Source of the DNA: a virus
Taxonomy: Duplodnaviria > Caudoviricetes
IMG/VR virus record: IMGVR_UViG_3300048599_000767
Span: 1-36,676 of that record
Direction: 5' to 3' (one strand)
DNA: 36,676 nucleotides
Both the position numbers and the translations under genes were made by a program. The notes beneath the pieces are model-generated. The model worked only from the letters and a program-made list of their open reading frames with translations. It had not been told where the DNA came from and searched no databases. Shown piece by piece: positions 1 to 7,856 of this stretch; position 1 is the stretch's first letter, and every line of letters starts with the position of its first letter.

Positions 1-1014
1 ATGGGTCTGTACACCCAAACTCCGGTGAGTCAATTCTTCGACGAGGTCTACATCCCCTACCGCCTGCGGAGTTGCTCGCCTCTGACCCCAGGCATCTACC
101 GCACCTGCATTCAGCACATCAACATGTTCTGGCGAACGCGGGAGAAAGCTCGCTGGGAGCAGGCCCTCACGATTGGCAACTTCACCGAGCCGCTGATCGC
201 CCAGTACTTGGCGTCGCGCACCGACCTGACGCCTGCCACCCAGAACAAGCACCTGCGCCACCTCAAGGCGGTCTGGAGTCTGGCCGTCGAGCTGGACGAG
301 GACCTCGGCAAGATGCGGCTCAAGCCCGTGCGCGAGTTCCTGCGCGTGCCGGAATGCTGGTCGCAGGAAGAGTTCGCCAAACTGCTCGAAGCGGCCGCGA
401 AGACGTTCGGCCGCGTGGGGGACGTTCCGGCGCGGTATTGGTGGCCAGCGCTGATCATCATGGTTTACGCCACGGGCGTGCGGATCGACGCCGTCATGCG
501 GATCCGCTCGGCCGACCTGGACCTCGACCAAGGGCACGTGCTGGTGCGGTGCGAAACGCAAAAGCAGAAAGCGGATCAGCGGTTCACGCTCATTCCCGAG
601 GCCGTGCAGCTCGTGCGAGCGATCCGGCCCGAACGCAACACGCTGGTCTTCGAGGACTGGCAATTCGGTCGCAAGCGGCTGAAACACAATCCCCAAGCAC
701 GGCCCTCCTACCGGACGCTCGGCGATCACTTCGGGCGCATCCTGGAACGAGCCAACTTGTCGAACGGTCCCCACGACAAGTGGCACAAGTTGCGCCGCAT
801 GTTCGGCACGGAGATTGCGCGGAGTGCCGGCAAGGCAGCCGCCCAGCAGCTGTTGGGTCACAGCACGATGCGAGTCACGGAACGCTACATCGACCCCCGC
901 TACGTCGAAGCCCCCGATCCGGCCTCGCTCCTGCGCCGGCCTTCGCTCCCCATTCAAATGCGCCTGTGGAGTCCCGATCCGGGGCCGGGCTCGGGCGAAG
1001 CTCGTACTGGTTAG
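1..1014 (+). CDS. int: Tyrosine recombinase / phage integrase
   Basis: Catalytic motifs TGVRIDA (R), HKLRR (HxxR), LLGH and TERY; SAM-like N-terminal part (PATQNKHLRHLK). Confidence 0.9.
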   Translation: MGLYTQTPVSQFFDEVYIPYRLRSCSPLTPGIYRTCIQHINMFWRTREKARWEQALTIGNFTEPLIAQYLASRTDLTPATQNKHLRHLKAVWSLAVELDEDLGKMRLKPVREFLRVPECWSQEEFAKLLEAAAKTFGRVGDVPARYWWPALIIMVYATGVRIDAVMRIRSADLDLDQGHVLVRCETQKQKADQRFTLIPEAVQLVRAIRPERNTLVFEDWQFGRKRLKHNPQARPSYRTLGDHFGRILERANLSNGPHDKWHKLRRMFGTEIARSAGKAAAQQLLGHSTMRVTERYIDPRYVEAPDPASLLRRPSLPIQMRLWSPDPGPGSGEARTG

Positions 1015-1025
1015 TTGTTCCCCGT

Positions 1026-1214
1026 CGCCGCACCTTGGCTCCTGCTCACCCCAAATCCGTCGGCACGTTGCCGTCTGGGGCCAGGTGCGGCGCGATTTTC
1101 ATACTCTCTGGCCGTGGGCGTGGCGCACATCTGGGTTGCGTCGCGCCTGCGGCTTCTTCGTTTCGATGCCCCGGGCCGTGCGCAATGGATCATCCCCCGT
1201 TGCGCGCGGCTCGG
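1026..1214 (+). ncRNA. Structured RNA element: three consecutive 16-18 bp hairpins (terminator/attenuator/processing element)
   Basis: Stems 1026-1042/1077-1092, 1111-1127/1137-1153 and 1171-1188/1197-1214; non-Watson-Crick pairs are G-U only on the + strand; U-rich tracts follow the first two. Confidence 0.65.
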
Positions 1215-1227
1215 CTGGAGGTGCCTG

Positions 1228-1461
1228 ATGTTTCGCGTGGTGGTCTACGTTTCGGAGACAAGACCAGAGTGGGAAAAGCTCACGGAACCCACCGACTTCG
1301 TCACCGCGTCGGCGTTCGTGCGCCACATGCGGGGACAGGAAAGGTGCTGCGAGCTGTTCTCGAACAACAAACAGCTAGACGCGCAGGCTGCGGAACTCGC
1401 CCACTACTTCCCCCATGTCATTTACAGCTTCACCGCACACGAGGACTGCAAAGGCAAGTGA
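1228..1461 (+). CDS. Hypothetical protein (77 aa)
   Basis: GGAGGT RBS before ATG 1228; upstream part of ORF 1015-1461 overlaps the hairpins. Confidence 0.6.
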   Translation: MFRVVVYVSETRPEWEKLTEPTDFVTASAFVRHMRGQERCCELFSNNKQLDAQAAELAHYFPHVIYSFTAHEDCKGK

Positions 1462-1506
1462 CCGAACACGGCCAGCGATCGGACGACGCGATCGCCAGCC
1501 GCCACC

Positions 1507-1580
1507 CGCAGCGAAGAGCAACCAGGTCGCTCGCCGGGCTCATAACCCGGAGGTTGTCGGTTCGAATCCGGCCGCTGCAA
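1507..1580 (+). tRNA. tRNA-fMet (initiator, anticodon CAT), atypical A8 and C21, no encoded CCA
   Basis: Cloverleaf CGCAGCG/CGCTGCA, GAGC/GCTC, CCGGG-CTCATAA-CCCGG, GTCGG-TTCGAAT-CCGGC; C1:A72 mismatch, three G-C anticodon-stem pairs, A11-U24. Confidence 0.88.
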
Positions 1581-1615
1581 ATTGCCCCACTTTCGCTACC
1601 TAGGAGACTAGCACG

Positions 1616-1888
1616 ATGGACGACTTTGAACGCGCGGCCGCGATCCGATTAGTCGCTGATGCATTTGTGGCAACGGTGAACGATAAGACCACCAGTCGCC
1701 TCCGGCCGAAGACTCGCGTCGAGATGCTGGTGATCACGACTACGGTGCGTGAAACCCTATGGCACATGCAGGGCGACTCGCGTTCCAGCGTTGTAGGCAA
1801 CGCCTGGGCTTCCGCGTGCCGCAAGATCGACGGTGCTGCTGATGCGTGGTGGCAATCGATGCGATCCCAGGCCACCGTTCCCGCCTAG
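1616..1888 (+). CDS. Hypothetical protein (90 aa)
   Basis: AGGAG RBS, ATG start, in early operon. Confidence 0.6.
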   Translation: MDDFERAAAIRLVADAFVATVNDKTTSRLRPKTRVEMLVITTTVRETLWHMQGDSRSSVVGNAWASACRKIDGAADAWWQSMRSQATVPA

Positions 1889-1898
1889 GACGCGCATC

Positions 1899-2267
1899 AT
1901 GGAACTGTATCGACTAGACGCGGTTCACGACGCCGGCGACGGGGAGTTCGTGAAGTTCTTTCAGACGCAAGATTCTGCCTATCTCGCCGAGGCGCGGTTC
2001 GCACTCTGTGGCTGGTGCTGCGACGTGTACGCCGTGGAACTCGACGACCCAGCAGGAGCAACCGTCGCGATTGCTTCGCGGCTGCTCGCTGGCGTGTGGC
2101 CGAACGAGGCGACCGACGCGCTGGTGCACATGGCCATCAAGCGCGCGGAAGTGACGCAGCTCGATCCGGAGCAGCGCGTCGACGCGATCGACACCGTCGG
2201 CCAGGCCGCTGCCGACCTCGATCAAATTCTCGCCCGCAAGCAGTGTCGGAGGAGAAATGCGAAATGA
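1899..2267 (+). CDS. Hypothetical protein
   Basis: AGGA RBS before ATG 1899; stop overlaps next start (ATGA). Confidence 0.6.
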   Translation: MELYRLDAVHDAGDGEFVKFFQTQDSAYLAEARFALCGWCCDVYAVELDDPAGATVAIASRLLAGVWPNEATDALVHMAIKRAEVTQLDPEQRVDAIDTVGQAAADLDQILARKQCRRRNAK

Positions 2268-2509
2268 CCTGGCGAGACGTCGTGCGCCCGATCATTGCCG
2301 CAGTACTGCGCAAGCTCGGTCGCGGCCGTCGTGTCGATCGAAGGCGAGCCGAAGCGGCGCTGTTCGTCGCATATCCATGGCCCGACCGCCGCGGCCGGCG
2401 CTACCAAGTTTGGCGCGACGAGGTGCGCATCCAGCTCGGGCTGCGCCGACCTCGCTTGCGGTGCCTCTCTCAGCGACCGGACCTGCCCGGGCAGAAACGG
2501 TTGTTCTAG
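2264..2509 (+). CDS. Basic phage hypothetical protein
   Basis: GGAGGAG RBS, ATGA coupling; AYPW...YQVWRDEVRIQ resembles a small phage family recalled from memory. Confidence 0.65.
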   Translation: MTWRDVVRPIIAAVLRKLGRGRRVDRRRAEAALFVAYPWPDRRGRRYQVWRDEVRIQLGLRRPRLRCLSQRPDLPGQKRLF

Positions 2510-2565
2510 TTCCTCTCACCGCGGCAACGGCGGTTCCCAACGGTTGCTAGGCGGAGCCTGCAAGG

Positions 2566-3687
2566 ATGACTGATCACCGGAAAGCACGAGGCGGCGAAAA
2601 ACGCGAGCGCCGGCCACTGCCCATGCCGGGTCAGATGACCTTCACACGTGCGGAGCAACTTCGCACGTTGCGCCATTGCGTGGTCCCTGGCGGGCAAGGA
2701 AAAGACGGAGGTGGCGTTGCGGGGACCACGCTCAAGCTGGTCCTTCGCATCCTCGACGATCACGCGGGCGGCAACTACGAATGCTGGCCTTCGCACGACA
2801 CGATCGCGAGGGAAGCCGGCCTCAAGCATCGCCGGCAAGCCATCCGCGCCACGGAGGCGCTGGAGGCAATGAGCCTGATCTGCGTCCGTCGCGCGAGTCC
2901 TCCAGGCGTCGGCCGAGGCGGGACGGTCAATCACTATCGGATCGTCTGGAACGAATTGCACCTTCTGTGCCCTTCGGAATCCCCAGCAGAGGACTTGGAT
3001 GCGTGCGACCAAAGTGCCATGGATGGCACTTTGGTCAGGGACGATTCCCGCGCGACCAAAGTGCCACTGGTGTCCGACCAAAGTGCCATGGGTGGCACGA
3101 CCAAAGTGCCATACATGGCACACGAAGCGCCCAATGAAGCGCCCAAGAAGCGCCCACCGCCCCCAAAGCCCCCGTTGCCGGAAGATTGGGCGGCGGTGGT
3201 GAATGAATTTGCAGGAAGGCAATCGGCAATCCATGTTCTGGCAGATGAGCATCGCGCCGGTGGGTACACGCCCGACCAGTTCCGTGAGCGACTGTCGCAG
3301 GCGTGGGCGGTCGTCGCGCTGCCTGCCAACCGGGGACGGTTCACGAAGCCCGCTGGGGCCGTGGCTTGGTTCCTGCGCAATGGCAGTTGGCCTGCCGAAC
3401 GCGTAGCGACTCCAGAAGCGTCGGCCGTGCACCAAGCACGCCGCGCTGCCCAGTCCGCCGCGCGAGCAGATGCCGCTCGGCACGAAGCCGAACAGACCGC
3501 AGCGGCCGAAGACCGCGAAGCCTTGTATGGGCCATTCCTCGACGCGCTCGGCGAGGAAGAGCTGCAGGATTTGATCGAGCGTACGCCGGCGCTTCGAGAT
3601 CCATTTTTTGCGAGATGGCTACGCCAGCGGCCACCGCAGGGGACCGTCCGCATGATGCTGCTGCGCACACTCGCGGACTTTCTGTGA
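2566..3687 (+). CDS. Phage replication initiator with N-terminal winged HTH
   Basis: KLVLRILDDHA...CWPSHDTIAREAG...RATEALE HTH signature; internal iteron cluster; Pro-rich linker. Confidence 0.78.
   Translation: MTDHRKARGGEKRERRPLPMPGQMTFTRAEQLRTLRHCVVPGGQGKDGGGVAGTTLKLVLRILDDHAGGNYECWPSHDTIAREAGLKHRRQAIRATEALEAMSLICVRRASPPGVGRGGTVNHYRIVWNELHLLCPSESPAEDLDACDQSAMDGTLVRDDSRATKVPLVSDQSAMGGTTKVPYMAHEAPNEAPKKRPPPPKPPLPEDWAAVVNEFAGRQSAIHVLADEHRAGGYTPDQFRERLSQAWAVVALPANRGRFTKPAGAVAWFLRNGSWPAERVATPEASAVHQARRAAQSAARADAARHEAEQTAAAEDREALYGPFLDALGEEELQDLIERTPALRDPFFARWLRQRPPQGTVRMMLLRTLADFL
3006..3156. repeat. Iteron cluster, probable replication origin
   Basis: CGACCAAAGTGCCA at 3006, 3053, 3075 and 3098, inverted copy at 3024-3036; GAAGCGCCCA x3 at 3124, 3136 and 3147. 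Confidence 0.8.
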
Positions 3688-3698
3688 AAGGTGTATCC

Positions 3699-5798
3699 AT
3701 GACACTATCGTTCAAACGTCGTGAAGTGAAGGAAACCGCGCCGAAGCTCAAAGTGGTGAACCGGCCGATCGCCGATGAGACGACTCCACCGGCGCTCACC
3801 AGCACGACCACGCCGGCGGGAATCGCGGCCAACGATCCATCCGCCGCGGGCCTCTGGCAAGGACTGAAGGATGCGATCAAGCAAACCATGCTCAAGCGCT
3901 GGCTGGCAGAACATACCTATGTGCCGATGGGCCTGCCGACCGACGACCCCATCATCGCCTCTTCGCTCGTGAAAAACCGGATGTACGGTATCTGGCTGAG
4001 GGGGGACGCCTTCGATGTATTCGGGGGCGAGAAGGGCCTGCAGTTCATGCGCGACGGGAAAGTGCTCAGCACGTGGGCATACGACGAAGTGACACTCGCG
4101 ATCCTCAGCAGCGCCGGAGCAGCAGCGCCACCCGCGAAGTCCGGCCGGAAGAAAGCCGCCGCGCCGGCGGCGCTCACGCCCCCGGCACGCGAACTGATGA
4201 AGACCCTGTCGACCGGCGAGATGCTCGATGTCAAAAAGCTAAAGCGTCACCCGTTGAACCGGCAGCCGACCGACGCCGACGTGAAGGCCCGCGCGGAGAG
4301 CCTGCAGGCGGACGGCCAGCTGGAGGACATCGTGGTCCGGATGACCGAGGGGGGCTGGCAGATTGTTTCCGGGGAAACACGGTTCCTCGCGGCCAAGCAG
4401 CTCGGGTGGACGCAACTCCGCTGCACGGTCATCGACTGCGATGACAACGAAGCGCTCCGCCTGGTCGGGCTCTTCAACGGCCAGCGTTCCAATCTGACGC
4501 CGATTCAGAAGGCCCAGCACATCAAGCTGATGTGTGCCCAGGGCATGACGCGCGAGGAAGCCGCCCGCAGTGTCGGGCTGGAGTCGCACAGCGCCGCCAG
4601 CAACCTGGTGAAGCTGCTCGAGCTGCCGCAGGTCTGGCAGGAGCGGGTGACCAGCGGCGAGCTTGCTGAGACGTTCGCCCGCTCGATCGCGGCGTATGCC
4701 AACGTGCCGGGGCTGCTGGCAGAGCTCGATGAGATTTGGATCAACGGCGACGACTGGGAGCGCAAGGAAACGTTCGGCAGCCGCGATGATCTCGACGAGT
4801 CGATCCAGCACATCCTCGGCAAAGTCACGCGGCCGATGAAAGGGGAACGGTACTACGACTGGGGTTGCTTCGAAGGAATGGGGAACACACGCCCCACCGG
4901 TAACTATAAGGTTTTGATCACGCCGGCCGAATTGGAGGCGCATCGGGAGCAACTCGGCATCGTGACGATCGCGCTGAAAGAGAAGCAACGCAAGTCAGGC
5001 GGCAAGTTCACGTGGAAGTCGGAAGACGTCGAGGTCGCGACCAATGCTGCTCTGTTCGACAAACTGCAGATCGCTCACATCGTCGAGTTGAGCAAGAAGA
5101 AGGCCCAGGGCAAAGCGCAGGCAGCCGGCGCCTCGGCCGACGCCGGCGAGACGAGCGAGCAGAAGAAGTTCAAGGCAGGGGAGCGGACTCGGCAACTCAC
5201 CCGGGCGATCTCCGAATGGAAGCGCGGCGTCATGCGAAACGAGATCGCGGGCGCGATCCGAGCGGTCAAGGTGGGAGCCAAGTTTGACCAGCGGCTGCTC
5301 GTGCTGGTCCTGTCGTTCATGACGCGTCCGGGATCCTTCGACAGTTCGCACGTCTGCCCGCCATTGGGAAGGGCCCTGGGCAAGAAACTCGATTCGTGGA
5401 AACCCACGTACCCAGCAGTGGCCACGATCACGACGGCCGACAAGTGGCAGGAGGTTGCGAGAGACATTTGCGCGCACCTGGTCGGAGGCGACGACAAGGA
5501 ACGCGGGGCGGCGATCGACGACGATGTGCTCGAAAGCCTATTCGACACATGGGGCGGCTCGATGGAGGCGAGCTGGACCAGGCTCTATTGCCACGCCGAC
5601 CCATTGATCGAGGAGTTCTTTCAACTGCACCGCAAAAATGAACTCGTCCACCTGGCCAAGGAGATCGAGGGCCTGACGTTCGCGGAGGAAACGGGCAAAG
5701 CGGAGATGGTCACCAAGCTGATGGGCCAGCGCCTGCGGGCAAACCACAAGCTGCCGAAGTCGCTGCAGCCTAGCAAGGGAAAGCGGGGTGGCAAATGA
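3699..5798 (+). CDS. parB: ParB/RepB/Spo0J-family protein (~699 aa) with long N- and C-terminal extensions
   Basis: HPLNRQ...SLQADGQLEDIVVR...IVSGETRFLAAKQLG ParB-N domain; HTH MTREEAARSVGLESHSAASNLVKLLELP; start placed at ATG 3699 after AAGGTG. Confidence 0.85.
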   Translation: MTLSFKRREVKETAPKLKVVNRPIADETTPPALTSTTTPAGIAANDPSAAGLWQGLKDAIKQTMLKRWLAEHTYVPMGLPTDDPIIASSLVKNRMYGIWLRGDAFDVFGGEKGLQFMRDGKVLSTWAYDEVTLAILSSAGAAAPPAKSGRKKAAAPAALTPPARELMKTLSTGEMLDVKKLKRHPLNRQPTDADVKARAESLQADGQLEDIVVRMTEGGWQIVSGETRFLAAKQLGWTQLRCTVIDCDDNEALRLVGLFNGQRSNLTPIQKAQHIKLMCAQGMTREEAARSVGLESHSAASNLVKLLELPQVWQERVTSGELAETFARSIAAYANVPGLLAELDEIWINGDDWERKETFGSRDDLDESIQHILGKVTRPMKGERYYDWGCFEGMGNTRPTGNYKVLITPAELEAHREQLGIVTIALKEKQRKSGGKFTWKSEDVEVATNAALFDKLQIAHIVELSKKKAQGKAQAAGASADAGETSEQKKFKAGERTRQLTRAISEWKRGVMRNEIAGAIRAVKVGAKFDQRLLVLVLSFMTRPGSFDSSHVCPPLGRALGKKLDSWKPTYPAVATITTADKWQEVARDICAHLVGGDDKERGAAIDDDVLESLFDTWGGSMEASWTRLYCHADPLIEEFFQLHRKNELVHLAKEIEGLTFAEETGKAEMVTKLMGQRLRANHKLPKSLQPSKGKRGGK
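4364..4379. promoter_or_regulatory. parS-like palindrome copy 1 (TGTTTCCGGGGAAACA), inside parB
   Basis: Matches the 9-copy motif; encodes V-S-G-E-T of ParB. Confidence 0.75.
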
Positions 5799-6037
5799 TC
5801 GATCGATTCCTTCGTCCTGCGTTGGAGGAAATGTCACGAGGCGATCTGGAAGACGCGGCGGAGCAATTGCGCAACCTGGTCGTGGTGCAGGACGTCACCC
5901 TGCGATTAGTGATCAGCGTGGTCGGGCCGCGAGCCATTCACCCGATCGCCCACAGTCAGGTGAACTGTTGCCGAGCCGCTTATGCGGAAGTGACCGGCGA
6001 AGAGTCTCTTGTTCCAGAGCTGGGAGGTGGCAAATGA
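5795..6037 (+). CDS. Hypothetical protein
   Basis: ATGA overlap with parB stop. Confidence 0.6.
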   Translation: MIDRFLRPALEEMSRGDLEDAAEQLRNLVVVQDVTLRLVISVVGPRAIHPIAHSQVNCCRAAYAEVTGEESLVPELGGGK

Positions 6038-6091
6038 AGACAACTTTGCACTCGCGGGCTGCGATGGCTGATCCATCGTCTTTTTCTGACC

Positions 6092-6337
6092 ATGGAAGGT
6101 GAAGTGATTCGGCGGCTGTTATCTGGCAACGACACGCAGTGCTTTTCAACCGCGCAGTACGCGGACGCCGTTGACCAATACATTGCCGAGCAAGTCGGCC
6201 GAACTCGTGAAAGTCTAGGAATGGGAGACGTTCCGACTGAAGTACGGCGCATGCAACTCTTGTCGATCGGCTTGGTACGCGAGGTTGCCCCAGACGTTTG
6301 GACCCTAGCTGAAGGAGTGGACATTGCCACGCACTAA
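6092..6337 (+). CDS. Hypothetical protein
   Basis: ORF in operon direction. Confidence 0.45.
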   Translation: MEGEVIRRLLSGNDTQCFSTAQYADAVDQYIAEQVGRTRESLGMGDVPTEVRRMQLLSIGLVREVAPDVWTLAEGVDIATH

Positions 6338-6767
6338 ATCACGCAAGCGAATCACGCCGCGGCCGCTCCCGGCCAGGTCGTTTGAAGAGGCACGCACCCA
6401 GATTCGGCGATACCTGCGCAGGGGCATGCGAGTAACGATCATGGCGTACGTCGTCGATGATCGGAGTCACCCGCACTACCGCCATGCCTACGAGGCATAC
6501 ACCTGCAGGGTCGATGCGGCCGACGGAAAGCGGTTGGCGGACCTGGACGAGAAGACCCCTGCCAAACTCGTAGCTGCGTTTTTGAAGTGGCGCGACACGC
6601 CGCCCAAGCGCGAGGCCCCTCCGTTCGCGGCCGATATCGACTTGTCGAAACAGTCGCTAGCGGCCGCCCCGGCGCGAAATGAATCTCGTAGTTCATCCGG
6701 CAACCTCGCGCAAGACGTTCCCAAGCTGGCCCACCAACTGCCACTGCTCACCTACAGCGGAGATTGA
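6324..6767 (+). CDS. Hypothetical basic protein
   Basis: AAGGAG RBS before TTG start. Confidence 0.55.
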   Translation: MPRTKSRKRITPRPLPARSFEEARTQIRRYLRRGMRVTIMAYVVDDRSHPHYRHAYEAYTCRVDAADGKRLADLDEKTPAKLVAAFLKWRDTPPKREAPPFAADIDLSKQSLAAAPARNESRSSSGNLAQDVPKLAHQLPLLTYSGD

Positions 6768-6770
6768 CCA

Positions 6771-7025
6771 ATGCGCTCGCGTCGACTTGACCCTCACGAC
6801 GACTCCCAATTCGAGCCCACGCGGCTGCCGCAAGCGGTGCCGATCCACGAGAAACCCACGCTGGCCGACAGTCCGTGGCTGCGCGTGGTCCTCTCGATCA
6901 TGCTCGGTCTGATCGGCGCGTTGGTGCTGGCGATCGCCACGCTGGCCTATGATTTAGCCCAGCTTGAGCGGCGCGTCGAGCGGCTCGGCCCGTTGCCCAG
7001 TGGTCAGTTGCGGAGGTTGCCGTGA
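6771..7025 (+). CDS. Small membrane protein (one TM helix plus coiled coil)
   Basis: GGAG RBS; hydrophobic VVLSIMLGLIGALVLAIATLA. Confidence 0.6.
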   Translation: MRSRRLDPHDDSQFEPTRLPQAVPIHEKPTLADSPWLRVVLSIMLGLIGALVLAIATLAYDLAQLERRVERLGPLPSGQLRRLP

Positions 7026-7217
7026 GCGCACTGGCCGAGGACATTCGCCGCGACGACCAGCGGCGCGAGCAGATCATGGACAGCATCAGTCGACGGCACC
7101 CGTCGCTCTAGGAGCCGGGTGTCCGCGCGCTGCATGCACGCCCTTGGTTGTGGCGGGAGTCGGAGCTGCAGATCGTCGCCAGCAGCCAGGACGCTGTATC
7201 GGAGTGCCGTCAGTAAT

Positions 7218-7505
7218 TCAACGGGCTTCGCGCTTTCGCGCCTTGGTCAACGCCGCCTGTGCCGCCGCACAGAAGCGGCATTGGTTTCGTCGACCGTGTT
7301 TGAGGTCATCTGCGAGGTCAGCCGACCGCTTGATGAACCGAATCGGATTCGCGTGCACCTCGGGGTTCTGACACTCGACTTCCCAGAATACTTGCCCTCT
7401 GGACTGTTGGCCAAAGGGGGCTGAAGTGCGCCGCAGGACTGTCAGTCGGCCGATCCGCTTGCCCGTCAGATCCTCAGCTTGACGGCGTCGATGTAGTGGG
7501 GCCAT
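7218..7505 (-). CDS. Protein carrying the DLTGKRxGRLTV module found in phage HNH/AP2 proteins; no nuclease domain visible
   Basis: EDLTGKRIGRLTVLRR...FWEVEC...CRFC. Confidence 0.6.
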   Translation of the reverse strand: MAPLHRRRQAEDLTGKRIGRLTVLRRTSAPFGQQSRGQVFWEVECQNPEVHANPIRFIKRSADLADDLKHGRRNQCRFCAAAQAALTKARKREAR

Positions 7506-7529
7506 GACAGAGGAGCCTGGGCGTTGCAA

Positions 7530-7721
7530 CTAGCGGCGCTGGAGCAACTTGGTGATCGCGTCGACATCGCGCTTTCTGAGAGCGGCGATCCACAGGAACG
7601 CGCGGGGGGAGGTGAGCTCGCGCGCGAGTGCCGCGTCTACTTGCTCTAGCAACTCAGCGGGCAAATTCAGGTCACGACGGAGTGCGGCGAGAAATTCCCG
7701 CTGCTTTTCGGTAGCTAACAT
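7530..7721 (-). CDS. Hypothetical protein with ATEKQ motif
   Basis: MLATEKQREFL; lies downstream of a sigma70-like promoter. Confidence 0.55.
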   Translation of the reverse strand: MLATEKQREFLAALRRDLNLPAELLEQVDAALARELTSPRAFLWIAALRKRDVDAITKLLQRR

Positions 7722-7770
7722 CTTGGGTCACAGGCAGGAAGTGAGAACACGACAAGACATTCGTGCTCAA

Positions 7771-7799
7771 AGCATACACATCTTGGAGTTACCCTTCAA
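7771..7799 (-). promoter_or_regulatory. sigma70-like promoter TTGAAG-N17-TATGCT
   Basis: -35 at 7799-7794 and -10 at 7776-7771, 17 bp spacer, AT-richer intergenic gap. Confidence 0.55.
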
Positions 7800-7832
7800 A
7801 CGGGAGTCAACCACCGTCTCCCCTGCTCTCGC

Positions 7833-7848
7833 CGTTTCCCCGGAAACA
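7833..7848. promoter_or_regulatory. parS-like palindrome copy 2 (CGTTTCCCCGGAAACA)
   Basis: Intergenic, just past the last tail gene. Confidence 0.75.
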
Positions 7849-7856
7849 CCAGGTGG

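Noticed and set aside
1248-1260. CGTTTCGGAGACA as a tenth palindrome copy (also a half-site near 30149-30160)
   Set aside because: Wrong spacing and mismatched arms
72-1652. 526-aa ORF overlapping the integrase, hairpins and tRNA
   Set aside because: Arg/Pro/Ala-rich alternate-frame ORF typical of high-GC DNA, with no recognisable motifs
3006-3121. Repeat cluster as a mini-CRISPR array
   Set aside because: 14-bp units with 8-9 bp gaps, mixed orientation, inside a coding gene; iterons fit better
3303-3698. N-terminal 132 aa of the 831-aa ParB ORF
   Set aside because: Overlaps the replication gene; ATG 3699 with an RBS is the better start
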